A DNA stretch of 64,000 nt from Sedimentisphaerales bacterium (lineage in GTDB: Bacteria > Planctomycetota > Phycisphaerae > Sedimentisphaerales > SM23-30), in assembly GCA_963663965.2 (NCBI GenBank), contig CAXXFK010000028.1:320001-384000 (forward strand), read 5' to 3'. The position numbers and the translations under genes are program-made. The notes under the pieces were generated by a model. The model did not search any database. It was given only the letters and a program-made list of their open reading frames with translations, and was not told the DNA's origin. This document shows positions 28,767 through 37,284 of the stretch, piece by piece (within the stretch, counting starts at the first letter, position 1; each line of letters begins with the position of its first letter).

Positions 28767-30806
28767 ATGAGAATCAAATGCTTTCTTTTAGGGTTATTGT
28801 GCCTGCTGGGTACTGAAGTCTTCGCGGCGAACGCGACGCTGGACGATATGTATAATGCGGCAAATGAACTCATCGGCAATACGACTTATACCTTCTTTAA
28901 TTTCGGCGGGCCGGATTATGGCTACCGGACCAAAGAATGGGGTACTTATGGTGATCTGGCGGATTCCAGCCGCACCTGGAGCGATCCGGATCATCAGCCG
29001 ATTGTCAACTCGATGACCGGCTTGATTCCTTCGATTACCTACGATGTCTATGTCATTGCCGGTGGTAAAGTCAGTACCGGTACCACAGAAGACTGGGGTG
29101 TCCAGGTTGGCTTCGCCCCCGATGAGTATTCACTGGTTACCGTCGATATTGGCGATGATGCGACACTGACCAAATATAATCTGGGTTTGTATAACAACGG
29201 TTCCAGCTATCCCTTCAGGGAAGTTCAATCATCTGCCGCCAGCGCCTGCATGTGGGCAGTGTTGGCCGGAACGGTAGTAACGGACGAATCGGGTAATACT
29301 ACCGTTTACGTGAATGATTGCGAAACCATTAATATCAATGGCAGTGTTGGCGATCGGACCTGGTACGATGGCCTGCTGCTGACGCCAACCGCATCCCCGA
29401 ATCATCCCGTTCCCGCGGATGGTGAAACAGGGGTTGCAGCGGATAACCTGACCCTGTCCTGGCTGGGTGGCCGGGATCCGAACGGCCTTTATATCTCCGA
29501 GGGATATTATGTTTATCTGGGCACCTCCTCGGATAATCTGATCCTTCTGAATACTGCTCTTCTGTCTGCCGATACCTCCACATATAACGTGGGGGCAATC
29601 GATATGAATACCACCTATTACTGGCAGGTGGAGCAGGCCATGGATAACGGCCTGGGTGGTGTTTATGGTGCGGGCGATCCGAATAACAACCTTTTCGGTC
29701 CGGTCTGGAGTTTCTCTTCGGTATTCTCAACCCCGTCAATCACTGAAGAACCTGTAAGTCAGGTTGTAATGGCGGGTGAAACCGCCGAATTCAGCGTTGG
29801 AGTAGATAGCATCTCTTCCCCGACTGTAAAATGGTATTATTCCGCCGATAACGCGACTGATACGCCTGCGGATGATGCCTTTCTATCCACTAATGAAATC
29901 TTGACATTGACGGACGTTACGGTCGCCAATGAAGGATTCTATTATTGTGTCGTCAATAATGATAGCAATATTCCGGTATCATCTGCAACGGCCAGTTTGG
30001 CTCTGGGACGTTTGATGGCTCACTGGACCTTCGATCAGAACGATTACGTCGATGGTCAGTATCTGGATGTCAGTGGCGAAAACCACCCTGCCGACCCGAA
30101 TGGCACACCGGCATTTGCTGCCGGACAAGTCAATGAGGGTATCGATATCGTATGCAATACCGGTAATGGTCCCTCTACTGGAAGTTGGGGTACCGCCGGC
30201 TCCTGGAACCCTTCGGAAATCTCAGGCATGGTCACCATAAGTTTCTGGATGAATTGGGGTGGGCCGGATAACGATTATACCGAACAGATATTCCTTTCTA
30301 AACGTTCGGGAGTCACTCTGGCCGAAGCGACCCAATGGCAGCTTTCCACGGCGACGTCCAATACGCTCAGTTTGCAGAGCCCCACGAGTCTGGTTCAGGC
30401 GCATCAAATTCTCGATCCCGGCAAATGGCAGCATATTGTCGTATGTTGTGATGGAACCACGGCGGTAATTTATATCAATGGCAAACCAGCGGCCAGTGGC
30501 AGTTTCACACTCGGTGATGCCGCCAATGCCACGATTAATCTGGGCGGTAGAAACTTTGCCAATGAACCGGCTGGGTGGATGAATGGTGTGCTGGATGAAG
30601 TGAAAATCTTCAATTATGCCCTGTCCGATGTCGAAGTAGCGAAAATCTTTGTCGCTGACAATCCCGGCAGTACAGTGTGTGTACAATCCCTGAAACCTCA
30701 AGCAACCTATGATATTAACGATGACTGCGTCGTCAATCTGGAAGATGTCGCGCTGCTGATTTCTAACTGGCTGGATTGCGGTATCGTACCGGATTGTGTT
30801 GATTAA
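28767..30806 (+). CDS. Secreted multidomain protein (Fn3-like, Ig, LamG, C-terminal dockerin-like/EF-hand motif)
   Basis: Signal peptide; 'NHPVPADG...LTLSW...YYVYLGT...TYYWQV' module; Ig motif EGFYYCVV; LamG motif GVLDEVKIFNYALS; tail DINDDCVVNLEDVALLISNWLDC. Confidence 0.82.
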   Translation: MRIKCFLLGLLCLLGTEVFAANATLDDMYNAANELIGNTTYTFFNFGGPDYGYRTKEWGTYGDLADSSRTWSDPDHQPIVNSMTGLIPSITYDVYVIAGGKVSTGTTEDWGVQVGFAPDEYSLVTVDIGDDATLTKYNLGLYNNGSSYPFREVQSSAASACMWAVLAGTVVTDESGNTTVYVNDCETININGSVGDRTWYDGLLLTPTASPNHPVPADGETGVAADNLTLSWLGGRDPNGLYISEGYYVYLGTSSDNLILLNTALLSADTSTYNVGAIDMNTTYYWQVEQAMDNGLGGVYGAGDPNNNLFGPVWSFSSVFSTPSITEEPVSQVVMAGETAEFSVGVDSISSPTVKWYYSADNATDTPADDAFLSTNEILTLTDVTVANEGFYYCVVNNDSNIPVSSATASLALGRLMAHWTFDQNDYVDGQYLDVSGENHPADPNGTPAFAAGQVNEGIDIVCNTGNGPSTGSWGTAGSWNPSEISGMVTISFWMNWGGPDNDYTEQIFLSKRSGVTLAEATQWQLSTATSNTLSLQSPTSLVQAHQILDPGKWQHIVVCCDGTTAVIYINGKPAASGSFTLGDAANATINLGGRNFANEPAGWMNGVLDEVKIFNYALSDVEVAKIFVADNPGSTVCVQSLKPQATYDINDDCVVNLEDVALLISNWLDCGIVPDCVD

Positions 30807-30871
30807 GAGCTGAAAGCGGATCTGAATATCTCTGGCCAGATGGCCAACTATCAGAATCGCAAATTAATGAT

Positions 30872-30901
30872 AAAGGAGGGCTTTACCCAAAGCCCTCCTT
30901 T
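30872..30901 (+). terminator. Intrinsic terminator hairpin
   Basis: Perfect 13-bp stem AAAGGAGGGCTTT-accc-AAAGCCCTCCTTT followed by T-rich sequence. Confidence 0.75.
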
Positions 30902-30961
30902 CTTTATACTATAAACACGTTACCAGAATAAGAACCGATAAACCGGAACCGGATCAAAATT

Positions 30962-33259
30962 ATGAATAATAAAAAGTCGCACCGTGTCGTAATTAAAGGT
31001 TGGTTTTGCCTGGCGATGCTGTTAAGCCTGTCAGTACACTCTCTTGCTTCTCCGGAGGATTGGGCCGGGTACGTCAATCCATTTATTGGAACGGTACGGG
31101 GTTCCGGATCAACCTATCCCGGCGCCCAGAGACCATTCGGCATGGTCTCTTTCAGCCCCCATACCGAAGAAGGGAATCATGGCAGTGGCTATCAGTATAC
31201 CTGCGATAAAATCAAAGGGTTCGGCCTGGTTCATCTCAGTGGGGTTGGATGTGACGCCACTTGTGAATTGCCTTTCATGCCGGTGACCGGACCGTTAGAG
31301 TTCTCGCCAGTCACTCATAAACAGGTCTACAGTTCCAGCTATAACCACAAAAAAGAAAATGCCTCACCCGGCTATTACTCAGTTGTTCTGGATCGCTATC
31401 AGGTCGGAGTGGCATTAACCGCATCTTTACGTGGCGCCATGGGCCAGTTTCTCTATACCGCTAAAGATCCGGCCCATCTTCTGTTTAATCCAGCCGATTC
31501 GGCCAATGGATTACGGGAAGGCCGCATAGACATTGATCCGGAAAACAACACCATTTCCGGCTGGATAAAGGGGGGAGGGTTCTGTCATGTAAAAAGTAAT
31601 GATTATACAATTTATTATACGGTCATCTTTGATCATCCGTTCAAAGACTATGGTTTCTGGCAGGCCGACAGGAAAGTTTCAGGGATATCAGAACTCACCG
31701 GTAACGATATTGCTGCCTTTGTCAGTTTCGATACCGGTTTACCCATGACAGTAACGATGAAGACGGGTATTTCTTTTGTCAGTCTGGCCAACGCCCGTCA
31801 GAATCTGCAATCGGAAATTCCCTCCTGGAACTTCCCGGAACTCAAAACCGCTGCCCGGACGGATTGGAACCAGGTGCTTGATAAAATTCAGGTTAAGGGT
31901 GACACGGAAGATGATAAAACGTTGTTTTACACGGCCCTTTATCACGCTCTGTTATTGCCGAGTATCTTCGATGATGTAAATGGTCAGTATATGGGTATGG
32001 ATAACCAGATTTATACCGTCCGTCCAGGCCATCATGCCTACAGCACCTTTTCCGGTTGGGATACCTACCGGACACAGGCCCAGCTTTGGGGACTCCTCTA
32101 TCCTCAAGCCGCCGGCGATCTCTGCCAGACGTTTCTGGAAACTTCGCGTCAAACCCAGTTCAAAGGCGGTGGCGGATTGCCTTTGTGGAGTATGTTTAAT
32201 GATGAAACCATGATTATGTCCGGTTATCCGGCGGCCCCGTTTATTGCCAGTGCCTGGGCGTTTGGGGCCAGGGATTTTGATGTCGAATCTCTGACTCATG
32301 TCATGGTTGATTCAGCCACTCACAATCGATTCTGGGGTCGGAACAATCATGTTTCATGGCAGCATCTTGAAGATTATATGCAGTATGGCTATTACCCGGA
32401 TAATTGCGGGATCGCCCATGCGATTTCACAAAATGTCGAATACGCCGTGGCGGATTTTGCCATTGCCCGGATGTGTGAAGCCATTGGTGATGATAAAAAC
32501 AGGCAATACTTTCTCCAGCGGTCCCAAAGTATCTTTCAATTGATGCATCCAGACCGGAAATACCTGTGGGCACGCATGAAAGATGGTTCTTGGAAACAGG
32601 ATTTTGATCCATTTACCAGCGCCGGATGTCAGGAAGGCACCTCAACTCATTATACCTGGGGGATTCCCCACAATCTCAATCGGCTCATTGATGAGATGGG
32701 TGGCAAGCGTGTCGCTGAAGAGCGGCTTGACCAGCTCATGTCAAAAATTGCACTGGGGTATGACTACGGAAATCCATATTATCTGGCCGGCAATGAGCCT
32801 TGTTTTGGTATTGTGCCGGTATATAACTGGATAGGATCTCCATGGAAAGCTCAGATGCAGATGCGGCGTGTTATGAACGCTTCTTTTTCAAACAAACCCA
32901 CCGGGATTCCCGGTGATGATGACAGTGGAGCCATGTCCGCCTGGTATGTCTTTGCCGCGCTTGGCCTCTATCCTGAAATACCGGGGGTTGGGGGGTTCGC
33001 TGTTACTGGACCGCTTTTTCCTGAAATAAGGTTGAACTTGCCCGCAGATCGGCAAGTCGTTATTCAGGCGGAAAATGCTGGTCAGGCTACCCCATATATT
33101 CAGGAAATACGCCTCAACGGTAGTGATTGCCAGAAAACCTGGCTTACCTTGGAAGAATTATCCCGGCAACCCAAAACGATAATCAGCTTGACGATGTCTT
33201 CCACCCCAAATCTTTCCTGGGGTAAAGATTATCAGATTCCATCTTATTCTCCGAAATAA
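30962..33259 (+). CDS. GH92 alpha-mannosidase
   Basis: VNPFIGT, PGAQRPFGMVSFSP, HLSGVG, ASPGYY, FYTALYH, SGWDTYR, GNEP and GDDDSGAMSAWYVF motifs. Confidence 0.95.
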   Translation: MNNKKSHRVVIKGWFCLAMLLSLSVHSLASPEDWAGYVNPFIGTVRGSGSTYPGAQRPFGMVSFSPHTEEGNHGSGYQYTCDKIKGFGLVHLSGVGCDATCELPFMPVTGPLEFSPVTHKQVYSSSYNHKKENASPGYYSVVLDRYQVGVALTASLRGAMGQFLYTAKDPAHLLFNPADSANGLREGRIDIDPENNTISGWIKGGGFCHVKSNDYTIYYTVIFDHPFKDYGFWQADRKVSGISELTGNDIAAFVSFDTGLPMTVTMKTGISFVSLANARQNLQSEIPSWNFPELKTAARTDWNQVLDKIQVKGDTEDDKTLFYTALYHALLLPSIFDDVNGQYMGMDNQIYTVRPGHHAYSTFSGWDTYRTQAQLWGLLYPQAAGDLCQTFLETSRQTQFKGGGGLPLWSMFNDETMIMSGYPAAPFIASAWAFGARDFDVESLTHVMVDSATHNRFWGRNNHVSWQHLEDYMQYGYYPDNCGIAHAISQNVEYAVADFAIARMCEAIGDDKNRQYFLQRSQSIFQLMHPDRKYLWARMKDGSWKQDFDPFTSAGCQEGTSTHYTWGIPHNLNRLIDEMGGKRVAEERLDQLMSKIALGYDYGNPYYLAGNEPCFGIVPVYNWIGSPWKAQMQMRRVMNASFSNKPTGIPGDDDSGAMSAWYVFAALGLYPEIPGVGGFAVTGPLFPEIRLNLPADRQVVIQAENAGQATPYIQEIRLNGSDCQKTWLTLEELSRQPKTIISLTMSSTPNLSWGKDYQIPSYSPK

Positions 33260-33341
33260 GCTGTTTAAGCATTATATCAATTGAAACCATAATCTGTTGA
33301 TGGTGGGCTAGACACCCCCAATGGATTAGAATATTTGCTTG

Positions 33342-33375
33342 GGGCTGGTGTCGCATAAGACAAACAGCCCTTTTT
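33342..33375 (+). terminator. Intrinsic terminator-like hairpin downstream of the GH92 gene
   Basis: GGGCTG-gTGTC...GACAaa-CAGCCC followed by TTTTT. Confidence 0.55.
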
Positions 33376-33397
33376 CACTACTATGGTCGCGGGCGTA

Positions 33398-33425
33398 TTG
33401 CCTTTTTGCATCAATTCGTTATAAT
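33398..33425 (+). promoter_or_regulatory. Sigma70-like promoter for aroA: TTGCCT-N16-TATAAT
   Basis: Perfect -10 hexamer, ~55 nt upstream of the aroA ATG. Confidence 0.5.
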
Positions 33426-33479
33426 AATAAGACTGTATATTATGCGATAAGCCAAAATAATTTATAACTGGTTTTATAT

Positions 33480-34751
33480 ATGAAAGTTAGCGTACAGCCA
33501 TCCACTTTAAATGGTACCGTGGCCATTCCCGGTTCTAAATCTCATACCATTCGTGCCGTAGCCATTGCCTCGCTCGCCGAGGGCCAGAGCCGGATCCATG
33601 CGCCATTGATGTCCGCTGATACCCTTTCCGCAGTAAAAGCTTATCGGGCGTTAGGCGCAACAATCGATTGCGATGAGGTTTGGACCGTTCAGGGTGTGGC
33701 TGGCCAGCCCCGAACGCCCGATAATATTATTGATATTGGCAATTCCGGCACCTCGCTCCGTTTCGCTATTGGCAGCGCCGCTCTCCTGCATGGCGGATCA
33801 GCGGTTTTCACTGGCGATTACCAAATACGCTCCCGCCAGGTCGGCCCACTGCTCAGTAGTTTGAACGATCTTGGCGCTAATTGTTTCAGTACCCGGGGTA
33901 ATGGTGCCGCCCCGGTTGTAATCAGTGGCACGATGCAAGGCGGTGCCACCCAGATCGAAGCCAAAACCAGCCAGTATGTCAGTTCACTGCTGATTAATAC
34001 CCCGTTGGCTCACCGGGATACCGCTATTAAGGTTACTTTGCTGAATGAACAGCCCTATGTCGAAATCACCCTGCGTTACCTGGATGCCCAGGGAATCGAA
34101 TATCGCCATGAAAATTGTCGCTATTTCGAAATCCGCGGTGGCCAGAACTATCGGGGTTGCGATATGACCGTGGCCGCCGATTTTTCATCGGCGACTTTTT
34201 TCCTGGTTGCGGGGGCTGTACTTAATGCTGATCTTCTGCTCACCGGTCTGGATATGACCGATGCCCAGGGTGACAAAGCAGTTGTAAATATGCTCCGTGA
34301 CATGGGCGCGGCTATCGATATCCGGGACGATGGGATAGCCATCCGCCAGAGTGAATTGCATGGTATTGAAATCGATATGAATGCCACGCCCGATGCCCTG
34401 CCTGCCATGGCCGTGGCCGGTTGTTTTGCCCGGGGGGAAACCCGTCTGGTTAATGTCCCTCAGGCCCGGATGAAAGAAACCGATCGCATTGCCGTTATGT
34501 GTAGTGAGCTCAAAAAAATGGGGGCGGATATCGAAGAACTGCCCGATGGCCTGATTATTCGTGAAAGTCAGCTGAAGGCCGCGCCGGTAACCGGCCACGA
34601 TGATCATCGTATTGTCATGTCGTTATGCGTCGCCGGCATGGGAGCGACCGGTCAAACAATCATTGATACGGCCGAAGCGGTCGAAATCACTTTTCCCGAT
34701 TTCTACAAATTTATGCGGCAACTGGGCGGGCAACTGGAGTTGCAGACATGA
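33480..34751 (+). CDS. aroA: 3-phosphoshikimate 1-carboxyvinyltransferase (EPSP synthase)
   Basis: PGSKSHTIR, GNSGTSLRF, SQYVSSLL, DFSSA, RMKETDRI and DDHRIVM motifs. Confidence 0.96.
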   Translation: MKVSVQPSTLNGTVAIPGSKSHTIRAVAIASLAEGQSRIHAPLMSADTLSAVKAYRALGATIDCDEVWTVQGVAGQPRTPDNIIDIGNSGTSLRFAIGSAALLHGGSAVFTGDYQIRSRQVGPLLSSLNDLGANCFSTRGNGAAPVVISGTMQGGATQIEAKTSQYVSSLLINTPLAHRDTAIKVTLLNEQPYVEITLRYLDAQGIEYRHENCRYFEIRGGQNYRGCDMTVAADFSSATFFLVAGAVLNADLLLTGLDMTDAQGDKAVVNMLRDMGAAIDIRDDGIAIRQSELHGIEIDMNATPDALPAMAVAGCFARGETRLVNVPQARMKETDRIAVMCSELKKMGADIEELPDGLIIRESQLKAAPVTGHDDHRIVMSLCVAGMGATGQTIIDTAEAVEITFPDFYKFMRQLGGQLELQT

Positions 34752-34963
34752 CCGAACTTCCCGATCACGTGAAAGAGGCCGAAGCGGTCCAGCTCGAAAT
34801 TTACCGGCGCATGTCGCCCGGCCAGAAGGTGAAAATTGCTATGGAACTCTACGATTTCGCCTGGAAACTTAAAGCCCAGGCCTTACGCGATCAGCACCCG
34901 GACTGGACCGAGGACCAGGTCCAGGCCGCTACCAGGGAGATATTTCTCTATGCGCGCAGCTGA
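34748..34963 (+). CDS. Small hypothetical protein (partner of a nucleotidyltransferase-like gene)
   Basis: 71 aa with 'RRMSPGQK...LRDQHPDWTEDQV'; ATGA-coupled to aroA and overlapping the next ORF. Confidence 0.7.
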   Translation: MTELPDHVKEAEAVQLEIYRRMSPGQKVKIAMELYDFAWKLKAQALRDQHPDWTEDQVQAATREIFLYARS

Positions 34964-35135
34964 TCTGATGTTGTTTATTGAACCGATGCATCGTGCCGGA
35001 TTCGATTATAGGATCACCGGCTCGATTGCCGGGATTATCTATGGTGAACCCAGGTATGCTCATGATCTGGATGAACTCAAAAAAACTATCCCAATTGGAT
35101 TTATTGCCTTATTACGAAAAATGACTGGAATCTAA
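34950..35135 (+). pseudogene. Truncated nucleotidyltransferase (MNT-like) remnant
   Basis: MRAADLMLFIEPMHRAGFDYRITGSIAGIIYGEPRYAHDLD carries the 'TGS.A...YGEPR.T.D.D' pattern, then diverges and stops at 61 aa. Confidence 0.65.
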
Positions 35136-35153
35136 ATAGTAAGGAGCTTTTTC

Positions 35154-36497
35154 ATGTTTGGATGTCATGTAGGACGTTTGTTTCAGGTGACCGTCGCCGG
35201 CGGTTCCTATCAGGATGGATTGAATGCCGTATTGCAGGGAGTGCCCACCGGCCTGCCCCTGAGCGAGCAGGAAATCTATGGCGATCTGCTGCTGCGTAAG
35301 CCGGGCGCGGATGAATTGTCATCACCGCGGAAAGAGCCCGATCTGCCCGTTATTTACACGGGTATCAACGCCGCCGATACGGTCGAAGACGCCGGCAATA
35401 AAGGACTCACCAACGGTTCCCCACTGTCGATCCTGATCCCTAACCTTGACCGTCACTTTATTCATATCAAGCAATATCAGGATACGAACCGTACCCCGCG
35501 CCCCGGCCACGCGTCCTACGCGTCTTTCATGAAATACGGCCCTTGTGATGATGCCATTGGCGCCGGCATTTTCAGTGGACGCTACACCTCCACGATTGTT
35601 GCCGCCGGCTTCGTCGCCAAAAAAGTCCTCGCCCGGTTGGGGATTCGCGTTTGTTCCTATATCAAGGAAATCGCCGGGGTTGCCTGCCCCGAGATGGATA
35701 GCGAAAAGATTTTCGCTTTTACTGAAAAATACAAACAGATGCGCTGGGACCTCGATCCGTTTTACCAGGAACTCTACGTCAAGGAACGCTTGCACATGGA
35801 CATGCGCTTTCTTGAAAAAATCGCTGTTCTACAGGAAGTAGAGGGCCAGATCGACGCCATTCGCAATATGGCGCCCCAGATGACCCCGGCAGAAATCAAA
35901 GCCAGATACGGTGTCCATAATGTGGTCTGTTGCCCGGATATGGTCGCGGCTGACGCCATGGTCGAGGCCTGCAGCAGGATTACCCAGACCGGTGACTCCT
36001 CCGGTGGAATCGTTGAGGTTGTTGCCATGGGGGTTCCCGCCGGACTCGGCGAACCGGTCTTTGACAAACTGGACGCTGAACTGGGACGAATGCTCGGTAT
36101 CGGCGCGGTTAAAGGTGTCGAAGTGGGCGCCGGCTTCAAAGTCAAAGATATGACCGGTTTCGTAAGCAATGATAAAATGCGCAATGTCGATGGCAAGGTG
36201 GTCTTCGACAGCAATAACGCCGGCGGCATCACCGGCGGCCTGACCACCGGTCAGGATATTGTCGTTCGCCTTGCCGTCAAACCCACACCCACGATCGACC
36301 GGCCCCAGCATACGATTGATAAATATACCCTGGAAAATACCGATCTGGCCGCCATTACCCGTCGGGATCCCACCATTGTCGGACGCATCTGGCCGGTCGC
36401 CGAAAACTATACCGCCATGGCGCTCCTCGATCATCTTACCATGCATTATGGCTATCAGCAGCTCTGTAGCCTGGTGGATGGCACTCGTAAAAAATAA
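35154..36497 (+). CDS. aroC: Chorismate synthase (divergent, long form)
   Basis: PRPGHA, GDSSGGIVEV, GLGEPVFDKLDA, IGAVKGVEVGAGF, SNNAGGITGG, AVKPTPTI and RDP motifs; downstream of aroA. Confidence 0.88.
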   Translation: MFGCHVGRLFQVTVAGGSYQDGLNAVLQGVPTGLPLSEQEIYGDLLLRKPGADELSSPRKEPDLPVIYTGINAADTVEDAGNKGLTNGSPLSILIPNLDRHFIHIKQYQDTNRTPRPGHASYASFMKYGPCDDAIGAGIFSGRYTSTIVAAGFVAKKVLARLGIRVCSYIKEIAGVACPEMDSEKIFAFTEKYKQMRWDLDPFYQELYVKERLHMDMRFLEKIAVLQEVEGQIDAIRNMAPQMTPAEIKARYGVHNVVCCPDMVAADAMVEACSRITQTGDSSGGIVEVVAMGVPAGLGEPVFDKLDAELGRMLGIGAVKGVEVGAGFKVKDMTGFVSNDKMRNVDGKVVFDSNNAGGITGGLTTGQDIVVRLAVKPTPTIDRPQHTIDKYTLENTDLAAITRRDPTIVGRIWPVAENYTAMALLDHLTMHYGYQQLCSLVDGTRKK

Positions 36498-36514
36498 TCC
36501 AATCATTTAAGGGG

Positions 36515-36544
36515 CAGGGCGTTCTTAGCGACGCCCTGTTTTTT
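36515..36544 (+). terminator. Intrinsic terminator after aroC
   Basis: CAGGGCGT-N8-ACGCCCTG followed by TTTTTT. Confidence 0.7.
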
Positions 36545-36549
36545 CAGGT

Positions 36550-36921
36550 ATGCAGACCGTTGCAATTGTAGGCGCAAGCGAAAAGCCGGATCGATATGCG
36601 CATCTGTGCCAGCAGGCTTTGATGCAAAGGCAATATACGATATTTCCCGTTTCACAACATGGCCGATCCATCATGGAGGTTAAAGGATATCGTAGCCTTT
36701 TGGAAATTGGCCAGCCGATTGATACGGTTACGGTTTATCTCAATCCAATGGCTGGCGAACGTGTTCTGGATGATATCATTGCGGTCCGGCCCGGCCGTGT
36801 CATTTTTAATCCCGGGACCGAATCTGAATCAATTTTTGAACGCCTCGATCAGGCGGGCATCAGAATAATTACCGCCTGTACCTTGGTTTTGTTAAATACC
36901 GGCCAGTTTGATCGCGCATAA
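36550..36921 (+). CDS. CoA-binding protein (YccU-like)
   Basis: VAIVGASEKPDRYA, IDTVTVY, VIFNPGTE and ACTLVL motifs. Confidence 0.88.
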   Translation: MQTVAIVGASEKPDRYAHLCQQALMQRQYTIFPVSQHGRSIMEVKGYRSLLEIGQPIDTVTVYLNPMAGERVLDDIIAVRPGRVIFNPGTESESIFERLDQAGIRIITACTLVLLNTGQFDRA

Positions 36922-36934
36922 CCGAACCGGCGGG

Positions 36935-37198
36935 TTAGTTTTCGTCCGCCCGTTCGATCTGACTCAGTGCCTGATTGATACAGGCGATAGCATGGTTCGC
37001 CGCTACGATTGCCTTTCTCATCGCTTCGCAACCCTGTCCATAGCGGGTCTTGCCAACTTGTTTCTGAAAAAATTCGCTATCTTCCGGATGACTCAGCCGG
37101 TCATATTCGCTGAGCAGCCGATCACGCAGAGTTTCAGCCTCGTTACGAGCCCTGCGGATCTCGGTGATATCGGTTGTATTCAGAGAGTTCTGTTCCAT
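36935..37198 (-). CDS. Hypothetical 87-aa helical protein
   Basis: ATG with an AGGAAA RBS, coiled-coil-like composition, fills the gap between two genes, and has a promoter-like motif upstream. Confidence 0.6.
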   Translation of the reverse strand: MEQNSLNTTDITEIRRARNEAETLRDRLLSEYDRLSHPEDSEFFQKQVGKTRYGQGCEAMRKAIVAANHAIACINQALSQIERADEN

Positions 37199-37233
37199 AG
37201 CGTTTCCTGCTGATAGAGCGGTAAACGCTTTAA

Positions 37234-37262
37234 GTATCGGTAAATATTTGGGTTAGAACTTA
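37234..37262 (-). promoter_or_regulatory. Sigma28-like promoter TAAG-N17-ACCGATAC
   Basis: Minus strand reads tTAAG ttctaacccaaatattt ACCGATAC, ~35 nt upstream of the 87-aa gene. The spacer is longer than canonical. Confidence 0.45.
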
Positions 37263-37284
37263 AAAAAAAAGAATTTTATCCGTT

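Noticed and set aside
30912..30941. TAAA-N18-ACCGATAA upstream of the GH92 gene as a sigma28 promoter
   Set aside because: The 18-nt spacer is outside the 15-17 range of the other sites and there is no functional link, so it is left out of the regulon.
34836..35135. 99-aa ORF as given in the track
   Set aside because: Its first 38 codons overlap the 71-aa gene; nucleotidyltransferase similarity starts only at the ATG at 34950.
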